Assembly: GCA_963817745.1 (NCBI GenBank)
Contig: CAWFPC010000008.1
Span: 67,009 to 131,008 of the forward strand
Direction of reading: 5' to 3'
Source: an uncultured Chloroflexia bacterium
GTDB lineage: Bacteria > Chloroflexota > Limnocylindria > Limnocylindrales > CSP1-4
DNA length: 64,000 bases
A model generated the notes under the pieces. That model saw nothing but the letters and a program-made list of their open reading frames with translations. It did not search any database and was not told the origin of the DNA. Each line of letters opens with the position of its first letter. Position 1 is the stretch's first letter. Both the position numbers and the translations under genes were made by a program. Below are positions 1 through 10,329 of the stretch, in pieces.

Positions 1-294
1 CGAAGCAGACGCCCAACCAGCTGTCCGGCGGCGAGCAGCAGCGGACCGCGATCGCGCGGGCCCTGGTCCACGAGCCTCGGCTGATCATCGCGGACGAGCC
101 GACGGGCAACCTCGACCCGCTCATCAGCTGGGAGATCCTGCAGCTCCTCCTGCGGATCAACGAGCTCGGGGTCACGGTCCTGATGGCCACCCACAACGCC
201 GAGGTCGTGACCGCGCTGCGCAAGCGCGTCGTCGCGCTCGAAGAGGGCCGCATCATCCGTGACGAGGTCGGTGGCGCGTACCACCGCGAGGACT
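1..294 (+). CDS. ftsE: Cell-division ABC ATPase FtsE, 3' portion (5' end lies outside the window)
   Basis: Translation contains the ABC signature LSGGEQQR and the D-loop [11 protein letters not shown]. It stops at TGA 292-294, and ftsX starts 7 nt later. Confidence 0.85.
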
Positions 295-300
295 GACCGC

Positions 301-1192
301 GTGCTCACGTTCATCGTCTTCAGCGTGAAGCGAGCCTGGCAGGGCTTCTGGCGCAACTCGCTCATGAGCCTCGCGGCGACGGCCACGATGGTCCTCATGC
401 TCCTGCTCCTCGCGGGGTTCTGGATCATCCAGACCGGGTTGCTCGCGGGCCTGGAGTTCACCGAGCAGAAGGTCGAAGTCGTCGCCTATCTCGAGCCGAA
501 CGCGACCGAGGGCCAGGTCGCGGCCCTGGCCGAGGAGGTGTCCGCTCGACCCGACGTCGCGTCGGTCACGATCATCTCCCGCGAGGAGGCGCTCGAGCTG
601 TTCCGCGAGCGGATGGTCGCCCAGGGCCGGGAGGACCTCACCCAGTACCTCGACACCAACCCCCTCTACGCGAGCATCGAGGTCAAGCTGACCGACCCGT
701 CGGCCGTCGGCGCCGTGAGCGAGGCGCTCCAGCCCGACCAGCATCCGATCGTCCGCAACGTCATCAACATCGAGGATCTCGTCGATCGCGTGCTGACGAT
801 CACGAACATCCTGCGGACCGCGGGCACGGTGCTGCTCATCGTCGTCGGCATCATCTGCCTGTTCATCATCGTGAACACGATCCGGCTGGCCGTCGTCGCG
901 CGCGCCGAGGAGATCGAGATCATGCGCCTCGTCGGCGCCTCGGACGCGTTCATCCGCTGGCCGTTCGTGTTCGAAGGCGCGTTCGTCGGGTTCCTCGGCG
1001 CCGCCATCACGCTCGGCGTGCTGGCCGCGGCCGCCGAGCCGCTCGGGCGGCTTCATGATCGAGTTCTTCCGGATCCTGCCGCTCGAGATCGGCTCGCTGA
1101 CCCGCGATCTCGTCGCGCTCGTGATGGGGGCGGGCGTCGGTCTCGGGATCATCGGCTCGTGGCTGTCGGTGCGGACCTACCTCATCCGCTGA
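301..1192 (+). CDS. ftsX: Cell-division permease FtsX, read across a single-base indel near 1048
   Basis: N-terminus ([17 protein letters not shown]), 4 TM segments and the large periplasmic loop are FtsX-like. The C-terminal TM part ([12 protein letters not shown]...YLIR*) continues in the +1 frame after a GGG run. Confidence 0.8.
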
Positions 1193-1299
1193 CCGAGCCT
1201 CGGATCCAGGCGATTTACGCCCGGGGGCAATCGAACGAACTCGGTGTAGGCTTGTCGACCACGCGGACGCACCGCTGCTGAGGGGCCTTCACCGAGTCC

Positions 1300-2644
1300 A
1301 TGCAACCGCTCGATCCCGACCCGCGGTCGACCCTCGAGGTCCCGATCGCCCCCGTCGCGCCCGCCGGCCCCGACGCGCCATCCAGCCGCCGCTTCCCGAT
1401 CCTCCCGGTCGCGATCGCCGTCGTCGCGCTCCTGGCCGGCGGCGCGCTGTTCATGTCGGGCTACTCGATGGGCAGCCAGACCTCGTCGGAGCCCGGCACG
1501 CCGCAGACCGAGGAAGAGGCGTTCCGCCCGTTCTGGGACACCTACCACACGATCACCGAGCGGTATGCGGGCGGCGAGGTCGACCGCGACGAGCTCGTGC
1601 AGGGCGCGATCCGCGGCATGATCGAGGCCCTCGAAGACCCGTATTCCTCGTACCTGACCTCGCAGGAGTACCGCGAGAGCCTGCAGAGCATCAGCGGCGA
1701 GTTCGAGGGGATCGGCGCCGAGATCGCGACCGAGGCTCCCGACGGCACGCAGGGCTGCGCCACCCTGAGCGCGGCTTGTCATCTCGTCATCGTCGCCGCG
1801 CTCGAGGGCTCGCCGGCCCAGGACGCCGGCCTGCGCTCGGGCGATCTCGTGCTCGCCACCGACGGCGTCCCGCTCGACGGGCTCACCATGGACGAGGCGC
1901 GTGACCGCATCCGCGGGCCGAAGGGCAGCGTCGTCACGCTCACGGTGCAACGCGACGACGCCGACCCGTTCCCGCTCGAGATCACGCGTGACGTCATCGA
2001 GCAGGAGGAGGTCATCAGCCGCGACTACGACGACGGCGCCGTCGGGTACATCCGGCTGAACGGGTTCTCCGATCGTGGCGCGACCGAGCTCGAGGCGGCC
2101 GTCAGGGCCCACCTGGACGCCGATCGGACGCGGCTCATCCTCGACCTGCGCGGCAACCCGGGCGGGTACGTCACCGCGGCCCGCCAGGTGGCGAGCCAGT
2201 TCATCGGGTCGGGGGTGCTGTTCTACGAGCAGGACGCCGCCGGGACGCAGGTACCCACGGAGGCGCTCGCCGGTGGTGCCGCCACGAACCCGTCGATCAC
2301 CGTGGTCTGCCTCATCGACGGCGGGAGCGCGTCGGCGAGCGAGATCGTCGCGGGTGCGCTGCAGGACAGCGGCCGCGCCACGATCGTGGGCGCAGACCTC
2401 GTTCGGGAAGGGCACCGTCCAGCAGTGGCAGGAGCTCACGGGCGAGGGTGGCGCGTTCCGCCTCACGATCGCCCGCTGGCTGACGCCCGACAAGCGCTGG
2501 ATCCACGACGTCGGCATCGAGCCCGACGTCGCCGTCACGATCCCCGACGACCTTCTCGAGGGTGCCGACCCGATCCTCGATCGTGCCCTGGAGGTCCTGG
2601 GCGAGGCGGCGATCCGGACCGGCTCGCGCCTCCTGGCGGCCTGA
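1300..2644 (+). CDS. ctpA: C-terminal processing (tail-specific) peptidase, S41 family, with PDZ domain; frameshift near 2395
   Basis: N-terminal TM anchor, PDZ region (GIGAEI...LEGSPAQDAGLRSGDLVLATDGVPL) and S41 catalytic region (GNPGGY...DGGSASASEIVAGALQD). The C-terminus (TSFGKGTVQQ...) continues in another frame. Confidence 0.75.
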
Positions 2645-2819
2645 CCCGCTGCGCGGCGCGAGTGCGCACCGGTCACTCTTGCGCTCGCACGCGGCATCGG
2701 GTACGGTTTCTGGGAACGAAAGGAGGTGATGTGCAGTGATCGACAGTACGCGTCAGCTGCACCACCTCGCAGGAGATGGCCGTCTAGTCGGACACCCTGT
2801 GGGTGGGTAAGCAACTCGA

Positions 2820-2844
2820 GCGCCGGTCCGCATAGGACCGGCGT
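2820..2844 (+). terminator. GC-rich hairpin (9-bp perfect stem CGCCGGTCC/GGACCGGCG, 5-6 nt loop) between ctpA and smpB
   Basis: Inverted repeat seen directly in the sequence. The T-tract (TTCGTG) is weak, so a terminator or an attenuator is only a possibility. Confidence 0.3.
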
Positions 2845-2905
2845 TCGTGCGCTCGGCGACATCGCCCGGGCCCTATCCTTCGCCACGACCCACAGGAGCC
2901 ATCCC

Positions 2906-3370
2906 ATGCGCGACAATTCGACCGTCGCCCTCAATCGAAAAGCCCGCCACGAGTTCACGATCGACGAGACGTTCGAGGCGGGGCTCGTGCTGACCGGCAC
3001 GGAGATCAAGTCGATCCGGGCCGGCAAGGCGAACATCGCCAATGCCTACGCCCGCATCGAGAAGGGCGAGGCCTGGCTGATCGGTGCCGACATCGCGCCG
3101 TTCGAGCAGGGGAACCGGTACAACCACGACCCGAAACGGACGCGCAAGCTGCTGCTCCATCGGCGCCAGATCGACGAGCTGCTCGGCCGGGCCAAGGCGA
3201 AGGGCCAGACGATCGTCCCGCTGCGTCTCTACATCACGCGCGGCAAGGCCAAGATCGAGCTGGGTCTCGCCCGCGGCAAGCAGCTCCACGACAAGCGCCG
3301 CGACATCGCCGACCGCGATGCCAAGCGCGACGTCGCCCGCCAGCTCGCGGACATCCAGCGCGGCCGCTAG
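2906..3370 (+). CDS. smpB: SsrA-binding protein SmpB
   Basis: MRDNSTVALNRKARHEFTIDETFEAGLVLTGTEIKSIRAG... is canonical SmpB. AGGAG RBS at 2895-2899. ssrA follows immediately downstream. Confidence 0.9.
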   Translation: MRDNSTVALNRKARHEFTIDETFEAGLVLTGTEIKSIRAGKANIANAYARIEKGEAWLIGADIAPFEQGNRYNHDPKRTRKLLLHRRQIDELLGRAKAKGQTIVPLRLYITRGKAKIELGLARGKQLHDKRRDIADRDAKRDVARQLADIQRGR

Positions 3371-3463
3371 CCCGCGGACCTGTACCGCGTCGGAGGGTCG
3401 AGTGACCGGCCTCCGGCCCGCCTCGTGCTATCCTCTTGATACCGAACTGGTGTTCGGTCCTGT

Positions 3464-3839
3464 GGGGATGCGTGGTTTCGACAGGGCCTGGATACCGGGG
3501 AACGCGAGCCGAGGATGCTGCTCAGGCCTCGTTAATCAGGCAGCAAAACGAAGTACCTGGCAACCGCCAGTCGACTCTCGCCCTCGCTGCTTAGGCAGTA
3601 AGGTGAGCGTGGAAGCTACCTCCGCCTCGTGGGTAGTGGAAGCGTCACTCAGCGAGGCTGCGATCCGGACCAGCGTCACGTAATCCGGAGCCAAGCCCGA
3701 TCTAGGGACACGTGACTGGACCGTCCGGCAGAGTGCCGATGCCCGTCCGGGCGGTCGACGACAAACCATCGGACACGCTCGTAGTGGGCTCCGGCGAAGG
3801 GTTCTGGACGGGGAGTTCGACTCTCCCCCATCTCCACCA
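3464..3839 (+). ncRNA. ssrA: Transfer-messenger RNA (tmRNA, SsrA)
   Basis: 5' end GGGGATGCGTGGTTTCGACAGGG pairs with 3' end ...GGACGGGGAGTTCGACTCTCCCCCATCTCCACCA (tRNA-like acceptor/T-arm with CCA). Internal tag ORF ends ...ACT CTC GCC CTC GCT GCT TAG (…TLALAA*) at 3574-3594. Gene sits directly downstream of smpB. Confidence 0.9.
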
Positions 3840-4068
3840 TGACACATCGCGGCTTGGCCGTCACAGGAGCTCGGCCGCCGATTGCGGCCGCGAGCGGCGA
3901 CCCATCGGAGCGTCGCGGGCGGAGGTGCGGCGGACGCTGTTCTGGGCGGACGGCGACCAGCCTGATTGACCCCTCGCTGCCCCGGTCGATACTGGGCGGA
4001 TGCGACGCCACGGACCAACGGCGATCAGGCTCCTCCCTCAGCGAACGACATCGCCATGGCCGCGGCAC

Positions 4069-5427
4069 GTGACCAGCCGGTGCCTTGCCGTCGCGCTCGC
4101 GGTGCTGCTGGGGCCGGGCGTCGTCGGTGTCCCGGTCGCCCGCGCGGCGGACCCCGTCCTGGTAGGTGCCGGCGACATCGCCACATGCTCGACGTCCGCC
4201 GATGCGGCGACCGCGACGCTGCTCGACGGGATCGCCGGCACTGTCTTCACGTTGGGCGACAACGCCTATCCGAACGGCGCCGGCGTGGAGTTCCGTGACT
4301 GTTACGGGCCGACCTGGGGCCGCCACCGCGACCGCACCCGGCCGGCCGCAGGCAACCACGACTACAACACGCCTGGGGCAACTGGGTATTTCGGGTACTT
4401 CGGGGCGCGCGCCGGGCACCCTACGAAGGGCTGGTACAGCTACGACGTCGGCGCCTGGCACGTCGTAGTCCTGAATTCGAACTGCGCGGCGATCGGCGGT
4501 TGCGGCACCGGCTCGCCCCAGGTGTCGTGGCTCAGGGCCGACCTCGCTGCGCACGCAAAGGCCAATGTCCTCGCTTATTGGCACCATCCGCGATATAGCT
4601 CCGGCGCCCATGGACCGGACCTGTCGGTCCAGGCGTTCTGGGATGTCCTGTATGCGGCCGGCGCCGACGTGGTGCTCAACGGGCACGATCACGATTACGA
4701 GCGGTTCGCGCCGCAGGACCCATGGGGGCGCCTCGATGAGACCCATGGCATCCGACAGTTCGTTGTCGGCACGGGTGGCGTCGCTCTGCGAGCGCTCCGA
4801 TCCAGCGAGCCCAACAGCCAGGTGTTCGCCGTGGCCCATGGCGTGCTCAAACTGACCCTCGGGGCCAGCCACTACGCATGGGACTTCGATCCGATCGCCG
4901 GCGTCACCTTCGAGGACAGTGGCACCGGTTCGACCCACGGCGCGCCGCCGCCGCGCACCCGGGCCTCATTCCTCGCATCCTCGGACGCGACGGTCGATCA
5001 AGCCAGGCCATCGACCAGGTTCGGGGCGTCACCCAGTCTCGTGGTCGATGGTGACACGGGGAACGGCCTTGATCGTCATGCCTACCTGCGGTTTCGAGTC
5101 ACCACCGTGACCGGGAAGGTCGATCGCGCTGTGATCCGCCTCTGGGTGACCAACACAACCCGGGACGGCCCGCGTGTCCGACCCACGACGACCGCCTGGT
5201 CTGGCAGGACCATCACGTGGCGAACGAGACCCGGCCCAACCGGCACCGCGGTTGACGACGTCGGCGCCCTGGTGGCTGGCACGTGGGCGGAGTTCGACGT
5301 CACGTCCGTCGTCGATGGCGACGGTGCGTACGGCTTTGTCCTGCGGCCAACGTCGGGCGACGCACTGGTGGTGTCGTCGCTCCAAGGCGCTCGCGCACCG
5401 CGGTTGCTGGTCGAGACGATCCCATAG
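4069..5427 (+). CDS. Secreted calcineurin-like metallophosphoesterase with a C-terminal beta-sandwich (DNRLRE-like) domain
   Basis: Signal peptide (LAVALAVLLGPGVVGVPVARAADP). Metallophosphatase motifs GDNAY, GNHDY, GHDHDYER and WHHPRYSS. The GTG start at 4069 is inferred. Confidence 0.7.
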   Translation: MTSRCLAVALAVLLGPGVVGVPVARAADPVLVGAGDIATCSTSADAATATLLDGIAGTVFTLGDNAYPNGAGVEFRDCYGPTWGRHRDRTRPAAGNHDYNTPGATGYFGYFGARAGHPTKGWYSYDVGAWHVVVLNSNCAAIGGCGTGSPQVSWLRADLAAHAKANVLAYWHHPRYSSGAHGPDLSVQAFWDVLYAAGADVVLNGHDHDYERFAPQDPWGRLDETHGIRQFVVGTGGVALRALRSSEPNSQVFAVAHGVLKLTLGASHYAWDFDPIAGVTFEDSGTGSTHGAPPPRTRASFLASSDATVDQARPSTRFGASPSLVVDGDTGNGLDRHAYLRFRVTTVTGKVDRAVIRLWVTNTTRDGPRVRPTTTAWSGRTITWRTRPGPTGTAVDDVGALVAGTWAEFDVTSVVDGDGAYGFVLRPTSGDALVVSSLQGARAPRLLVETIP

Positions 5428-5464
5428 CGGGCGCCGTGCCGCGGCTCCGCTCGCGACGGATCGG

Positions 5465-7325
5465 TCAGTCGGCGGCGCGTCCGACCAGGGTGACGCCCGT
5501 GATGCGCTGGTAATTGGAGTAGTACTGATCCTTGTGGATCACGTTGCCCTTGCGATCGCGGACCGTGCGCGTCACCCAGACCTGCTTGCCGTCGACCGGG
5601 TACTCGATGCGCTTCGACTGGCCCGGCCGCAGCGACGACGTGCGCTGGATCGTGTCGGTCGCGTGGCGGACGTTCTTCACGATCGGCCGGCTGAACGAGA
5701 CCTTCCGGCCGGTCGGCACGCTGTAGATCTCGAACCTGACGTAGCCCGCGCTGCCGTCCCGGATCTGGTAGCCGCGGATGAGGACCGGGTAGTTGGTGTC
5801 GTTGGTGAACGACATCGTCTGCTTGGACGCCTGAGCCGCTGATGAAGACCGTCGCGTCGAGGCCGAGCGGATAGCGGTCGATGTAGTAGTAGTGGTTGCG
5901 CCGGGCGCCCATCTCGTAGCCCGCCCGCAGCGCCGCGTTGAACAGCGTCGTGGAGCACGAGCAGATCCCGCCGGCGAGCGCGCCCTGCGGTTCGGTGCGC
6001 CCGTTGATGATCGCGCCGCCCTGGCGGTAGCCACGCGCGCGGGTGACCGGCCCGACCGCGTCCCAGAAGTCGAAGGTGGCGCGCGGCGCGACGACGTAGC
6101 CGTCGATCAGCCGGGCGGGGATCCAGATGTTCGCACCGAACCCGTTCTTCTCGGTGATCGGGAAGTACGTCGTCCAGCTCGAGATCTTGCGCATCTTCGG
6201 CCGGGCGGCCTTGGCCTCGGCCGTCGTCAGGACGGGGTTGGTGACCTTGAGCGAGGGCTCGACGGTGGCGGTCGCGGCGCCGGCCGCGCGCGACGCGAGC
6301 ATCGTCTCGATCTTGCTGACGGTCGCGTCCTGGTCGAGCTTGTAGCCGGCCTTGCTCGGCGTGACGCCGGTGATCTTGCCGCCGTTCGTCTTGAACGAGG
6401 CGTTGACCGCGGGCTTGTCGATCTTCTTGGCGAGCTTCTTGACCGTGGCCGCCAGCTCGGTCGTGTCGATGGACGGGACGAGCCCGCCGTCCGCGGTCGC
6501 GGTGAACTTCACCCAGGTCCGCAGCTTCGTCGCGCTGATGTAGGGCTTGTCGCCCTTCACGCCGTCGATGTCGAGGTACAGGCGCGCGGCGATGCGCTCG
6601 GCCTGTGACTGGGCGAGGTGCGCCTCGATCGTGGTGACGGCCGGCAGCACGGCACTCACCGGGACCGGGACCTCGATGCGCGCCGGGGCGTCGAGGTCGC
6701 CGATGGCGGCGAGCGTCGTGGAGATCGGTACGGTCGCGTCGGCCTCACGGCCGGCGGCACCTGGCACGAGCTGGAAGGCGCCTTCCTCGGGCCGCACGAC
6801 AGCCGCGTTCTTCGGCCGCTTGGCGAGCGATGCCGCGTAGTCGGAGATCTGTGCCGCGAGCGCGTCCGGGTCGTAGGTCACGCGGGGCTCGATGGTCGCG
6901 CCGCGAAGCGCGGTCCGCGCATCGGCGATCACGCGCTCGACCGGGTTGCCATCGCGACCGATGGCCATGGCATCGGCCACCATCGCATCGACGTCCACGC
7001 GTCGGCCGAACGACTCGAACGGGATCGAGTGCTCGCCCTCGGGCCCGATCAGCACGACCTCGCCCTCCGAGAGCGAGGCGTATTCGGCCCGAAGCCGATC
7101 GGCCGCCGTCGTCGGGTCGAGTCCGGACAGGTCGACCGCGCCGGCGCTGACGCCCGGCAGGACCCGTCCGAGGTACTGCTGGTCGTAGGCGTACATCGCG
7201 CCGACACCCACGGCCAGGGCCAGCATCAGCCCGATCAGGAACGCCACCGCGAACCGAAGCCGCGACGACGGGCGCCGCAGCGGTTCGACACCGATGGCGA
7301 TGGTCTCGGGCGTGGTCGTGGTCAT
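5465..7325 (-). CDS. VanW-family protein, membrane-anchored, with N-terminal repeat domains; frameshift near 5830
   Basis: YFPITEKNGFGANIWIPARLIDGYVVAP...GGICSCSTTLFNAALRAGYEMGARRNHYYYIDRYPLGLDATVF is the VanW core. The C-terminal part (SFTNDTNYPVLIRGYQIRDGSAGYVRFEIYS...) continues in another frame. Confidence 0.7.
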
Positions 7326-7440
7326 GGGAGCGACATCCTATCAGCCGACGACGTGGGACTCGTGCGGGAATGGGTCATCACAAGACGACAGGCGCGTTGC
7401 ATCCGTGACGATGTCCCCGACGTCCGTGTTCCCCGCTGGG

Positions 7441-8436
7441 TCAGCCGGCCCGCGGGACCAGCACGACGCGACGGTTCGGCTCCTCGCCGATGGACTGCGT
7501 GGCGACACCCGGGTGATCGCGCAGCGTGAGGTGGATCCAGCGTCGTTCCAGGGCCGGCATCGGCTCGAGCTGGAGCATCTTGCCGGTCTCCACGACGCGG
7601 GCCGCGGCGCGATCGGCAAGCTCACGGAGCTGGCGCTCGCGACGGCCCCGATAGTCCTCGACGTCGACGAGGACCCGGGTCCACGCCCCCATCTCCTTCG
7701 ACAGCATCAGGTTGACGAGATGCTGCAGGGCGGACAGGCGCTCGCCCTTGCGCCCGATGAGCGCACCGAGCGCCTCGCGGTCGTCGCCCTGGGCGACGAC
7801 GTTCAGGCGGCTCGTCTCGCCGGCAGCCACTTCGACGCCCGCCTCGAACCCGAGGTGGCCGATGAGGGTCTCCAGGATGCGCTGGCCGGCGGCAAGGGCC
7901 TCGGGCGAGGCTTCGGCCGCTTCGAGGTCCGCGCGCTCGGCGGCCAGTGAGCCCCGGGCGGCCGCGACTTCGGCGGCCTCCGATGCGGACAGGTCCTGCG
8001 GCGCGGCGCGGCGCGGGCCACGATCGTCACGCCGGGGTGGCCGGTCGTCGCGGCGCGGGGGGCGGTCGTCGCGGCGCGGCGGGCGATCCTCACGGGGTCG
8101 ATCGTCGCGCGGGCGGTCGGCCTGACGAGGCGGCCGGTCGTCGCGGGGTCGGTCGTCCCGGCGCGGCGGGCGGTCATCCGGCTCGCGATCGCGAGCCGGC
8201 GGGGGCGGCGGGAGCGGCGTCGATGCCGCGGCGTCGCGCTTCGGCGCGGCGCCACCCAGGGCGGCGCGCGGCGCGGCGACGATGCGCGCCGGCTCGGCGC
8301 CCATCCCCAGCACGCCACGGCTGCCGGGCGTCAGGATCTCGAAATCGAGGTCGTTGAGCTCCGCCCCGAACTCCTCGCGCGCAAGGCGCAGGGCCTCCTC
8401 GACGGTCTTGCCGGTGAATTCCTTGTAGGCACTCAT
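7441..8436 (-). CDS. jag: Jag/KhpB-family RNA-binding protein (Jag_N, KH and R3H domains) with a long Asp/Arg/Pro-rich linker
   Basis: N-terminus MSAYKEFTGKTVEEALRLAREEFG. C-terminus has KH/R3H (RLNVVAQGDDREALGALIGRKGERLSALQHLVNLML...RRWIHLTLRD). Position directly downstream of yidC is canonical. Confidence 0.8.
   Translation of the reverse strand: MSAYKEFTGKTVEEALRLAREEFGAELNDLDFEILTPGSRGVLGMGAEPARIVAAPRAALGGAAPKRDAAASTPLPPPPPARDREPDDRPPRRDDRPRDDRPPRQADRPRDDRPREDRPPRRDDRPPRRDDRPPRRDDRGPRRAAPQDLSASEAAEVAAARGSLAAERADLEAAEASPEALAAGQRILETLIGHLGFEAGVEVAAGETSRLNVVAQGDDREALGALIGRKGERLSALQHLVNLMLSKEMGAWTRVLVDVEDYRGRRERQLRELADRAAARVVETGKMLQLEPMPALERRWIHLTLRDHPGVATQSIGEEPNRRVVLVPRAG
8004..8184. repeat. 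Coding tandem imperfect repeat (~21-nt units encoding RDDRPPR x about 8) inside jag
   Basis: Repeated GTCGTCGCGGCGCGG-type units are visible in the DNA. The protein reads DRPPRRDDRPRDDRPPRQADRPRDDRPREDRPPRRDDRPPRRDDRPPRRDDRGPRR. Confidence 0.5.
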
Positions 8437-8438
8437 GT

Positions 8439-9608
8439 TCAGCGTCGTCTCCCTCGCCGGCCCTGACGGCCCCGCTCGCGGGGGCGGATCGTCTTGTCAG
8501 CCGTCGTCTTCTTCTCGGCGTCGGTCAGGATGGCCGCACGCTTGCCGGGCTCTGGTGGGGGTGGCATGGCCACCGGGAACTTCGGGATGTGATCGACGGC
8601 GAAGGCGGGCGTCCACCCGAACAGGGGGAACATCGCCCCCCAGCCGACGATCAGGTACTGCTGGATGATCGAGAAGATCGTCGCCGTGATCCAGTAGATG
8701 AACAGGCCAGCCGGCAGGAAGCCGCCGTACACGACCGAGATGAGTGGCAGGAACAGCATCGTCTGGCGCTGGATGCGGGCGTTCGGGTCGTCGTTCTCGG
8801 GATCGGCGGCGGGCAGCATCATCCGCGACTGGACGAGCTGGAGCAGCGCCGAGATGATGGCCAGCACGCTGACCCCGATCCCCACGATCGAGAACAGCGT
8901 CTGCGGGATGGCGATGTCGCCCAGGATCGGCACTTCCGAATTGATGCAGGGGCCGAGCGCCGCATCCGGCATGCCGGTGGCCGGGTTGATGTTCGTGCAC
9001 TGGATGTCGACGACCTGGACGCCGAACACGGTGAGCATCGCGGTCGGGTCGACGTTCGTCAGGCCGTTCTGGATGACCGAATACATGATGAACAGGAGCG
9101 GCAGCTGGAGGAGGAGCGGGAGGCAGCCCGCCAGCGCATTGACGCCGCGCTCCTTCATGAGCTCCTGCTGCGCCATCCGGACTTTCATCGAGTCGCCCTT
9201 GTAGCGCTTCCCGATCTCGCGCAGCTCCGGCTGGAGGAGCTGCATCCGTCGCTGCGACACCAGCTGCTTGCGGTAGAGGGGGATGAGCACCGCGCGGACG
9301 ATGAGGGTCAGCACGACGATGGCCCAGGCGATCGCGCCGGCCAGTCCGAGGTTCGCGAGGAACTGGTAGACCGCGATCAGGATGATGAACATCACCTGGA
9401 AGATCGGCGTGAACAACCAGGCGAGCAGGCTGATGGGGTCGGCCCCGGGCTTGGCCGGCTCGAGGGGCGGTGCCGGAGACGGGGTGATGGGCAGACCGTC
9501 GGAGCCGGTGGGGGTGGTCCCCGGGATGCACGCGGCGACCACGAACGCGACGAGGAGCAGGAACAGCACCGGGGCGAGCCGGCGCAGCGTCTGGCGGAGC
9601 GCGATCAC
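8439..9608 (-). CDS. yidC: Membrane protein insertase YidC/Oxa1
   Basis: Conserved YidC core (LLPLLLQLPLLFIMYSVI..., ...MLFLPLISVVYGGFLPAGLFIYWITATIFSIIQQYLI) and a basic C-terminal tail. Confidence 0.9.
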   Translation of the reverse strand: MIALRQTLRRLAPVLFLLLVAFVVAACIPGTTPTGSDGLPITPSPAPPLEPAKPGADPISLLAWLFTPIFQVMFIILIAVYQFLANLGLAGAIAWAIVVLTLIVRAVLIPLYRKQLVSQRRMQLLQPELREIGKRYKGDSMKVRMAQQELMKERGVNALAGCLPLLLQLPLLFIMYSVIQNGLTNVDPTAMLTVFGVQVVDIQCTNINPATGMPDAALGPCINSEVPILGDIAIPQTLFSIVGIGVSVLAIISALLQLVQSRMMLPAADPENDDPNARIQRQTMLFLPLISVVYGGFLPAGLFIYWITATIFSIIQQYLIVGWGAMFPLFGWTPAFAVDHIPKFPVAMPPPPEPGKRAAILTDAEKKTTADKTIRPRERGRQGRRGRRR

Positions 9609-9623
9609 GAGCGGCGAGCCGCG

Positions 9624-9830
9624 TCAGCGAACGGGGTCATACCCACCCGGGTTCCAGGGGTGACAGCGAGCGATGCGCTTCGCGCCCATCCAGCTCCCTT
9701 TCAGTAGTCCGTACTTCTCGATCGCCTGTTCCGTGTAGCGCGAGCACGTCGGCTCGAAGCGGCACGACGCCGGCAACCAGGCGAACACGATGCGATAGAG
9801 CTTGATGAGCCCGATCCCGATCCGTTTCAT
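9624..9830 (-). CDS. yidD: Membrane protein insertion efficiency factor YidD
   Basis: 68 aa, [41 protein letters not shown]... is canonical YidD. Confidence 0.9.
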   Translation of the reverse strand: MKRIGIGLIKLYRIVFAWLPASCRFEPTCSRYTEQAIEKYGLLKGSWMGAKRIARCHPWNPGGYDPVR

Positions 9831-10159
9831 CGACTGGACCCTCCGAGCACGCCGCCCCGGACGAGCGTCCGGTGCAACGCTCCGACCAGCGCGTCGTGGT
9901 CGGCCTCGACGATCGCGGGCCGGGCGATGATGAGGACGTCCCAGCCGGGCTGGAACGAGGGCGCCATCACCCTGAGCGCCTCGCGGAGACGTCGACGGAC
10001 CCGATTCCTTTCGACTGCTCCGCCGAGGCGGCGGCCGGTCGAAAGGCCGAAACGGGTCGTCTCGAGGTCGGTCCGCACGAACCGGACGGTGAACAGGGGG
10101 TTGGACTTGGTCGTCCCTCTACCCTGGATCGCCGCGAAGTCCTGCGGGCGGGAGAGCAT
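9827..10159 (-). CDS. rnpA: RNase P protein component
   Basis: [31 protein letters not shown]...[11 protein letters not shown] is the RnpA signature. Its stop overlaps the yidD start. Confidence 0.85.
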   Translation of the reverse strand: MLSRPQDFAAIQGRGTTKSNPLFTVRFVRTDLETTRFGLSTGRRLGGAVERNRVRRRLREALRVMAPSFQPGWDVLIIARPAIVEADHDALVGALHRTLVRGGVLGGSSR

Positions 10160-10194
10160 CGCGAGTCGCGGCGTGGGTATGCCGCGCCCGGTCG

Positions 10195-10329
10195 TCAGGC
10201 CGTCAGCCGCTTCCGACCGCGAGCCCGCCGGGTAGCCAGGATGCGGCGACCCGCTGTCGTCTTCATGCGGGCGCGGAAGCCGTGTTCCTTGGCGCGATGG
10301 CGCTTCTTGGGCTGGTAGGTCTGCTTCAT
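10195..10329 (-). CDS. rpmH: 50S ribosomal protein L34
   Basis: Translation [44 protein letters not shown]. Absent from the supplied ORF track, but found in the sequence upstream of rnpA. Confidence 0.9.
   Translation of the reverse strand: MKQTYQPKKRHRAKEHGFRARMKTTAGRRILATRRARGRKRLTA

Noticed and set aside
2726-2905. Extended smpB start / small upstream ORF (MCSDRQYASAAPPRRRWPSS*) with a strong AAGGAGGTGAT RBS
   Set aside because: The smpB conserved N-terminus begins at the ATG at 2906, which has its own AGGAG RBS. The 20-codon upstream ORF has no conservation signal I can verify, although a leader peptide cannot be excluded.
1177-3042. 621-aa ORF on the minus strand antisense to ftsX/ctpA, and many similar long antisense ORFs (for example 15487-17667 -, 8589-9707 +, 22371-24767 -, 20183-21850 +)
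   Set aside because: Arg/Ala/Pro/Gly-rich low-complexity translations with no recognisable domains, lying exactly opposite well-supported genes. These are the typical spurious open frames of ~70% GC DNA.
3840-4068. tRNA or additional small RNA downstream of ssrA; inverted repeat CGGCCGC-N6-GCGGCCG at ~3879-3897
   Set aside because: No cloverleaf-compatible sequence with anticodon or T-arm features was found. The hairpin is GC-only with no U-tract, so it is at best a weak terminator and was not reported as a feature.
7950-8200. Short tandem DNA repeats considered as a possible CRISPR array or minisatellite
   Set aside because: Units are ~21 nt, imperfect, with no spacers, and lie inside the jag coding frame where they encode an RDDRPPR peptide repeat. 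No cas genes are present in the window.
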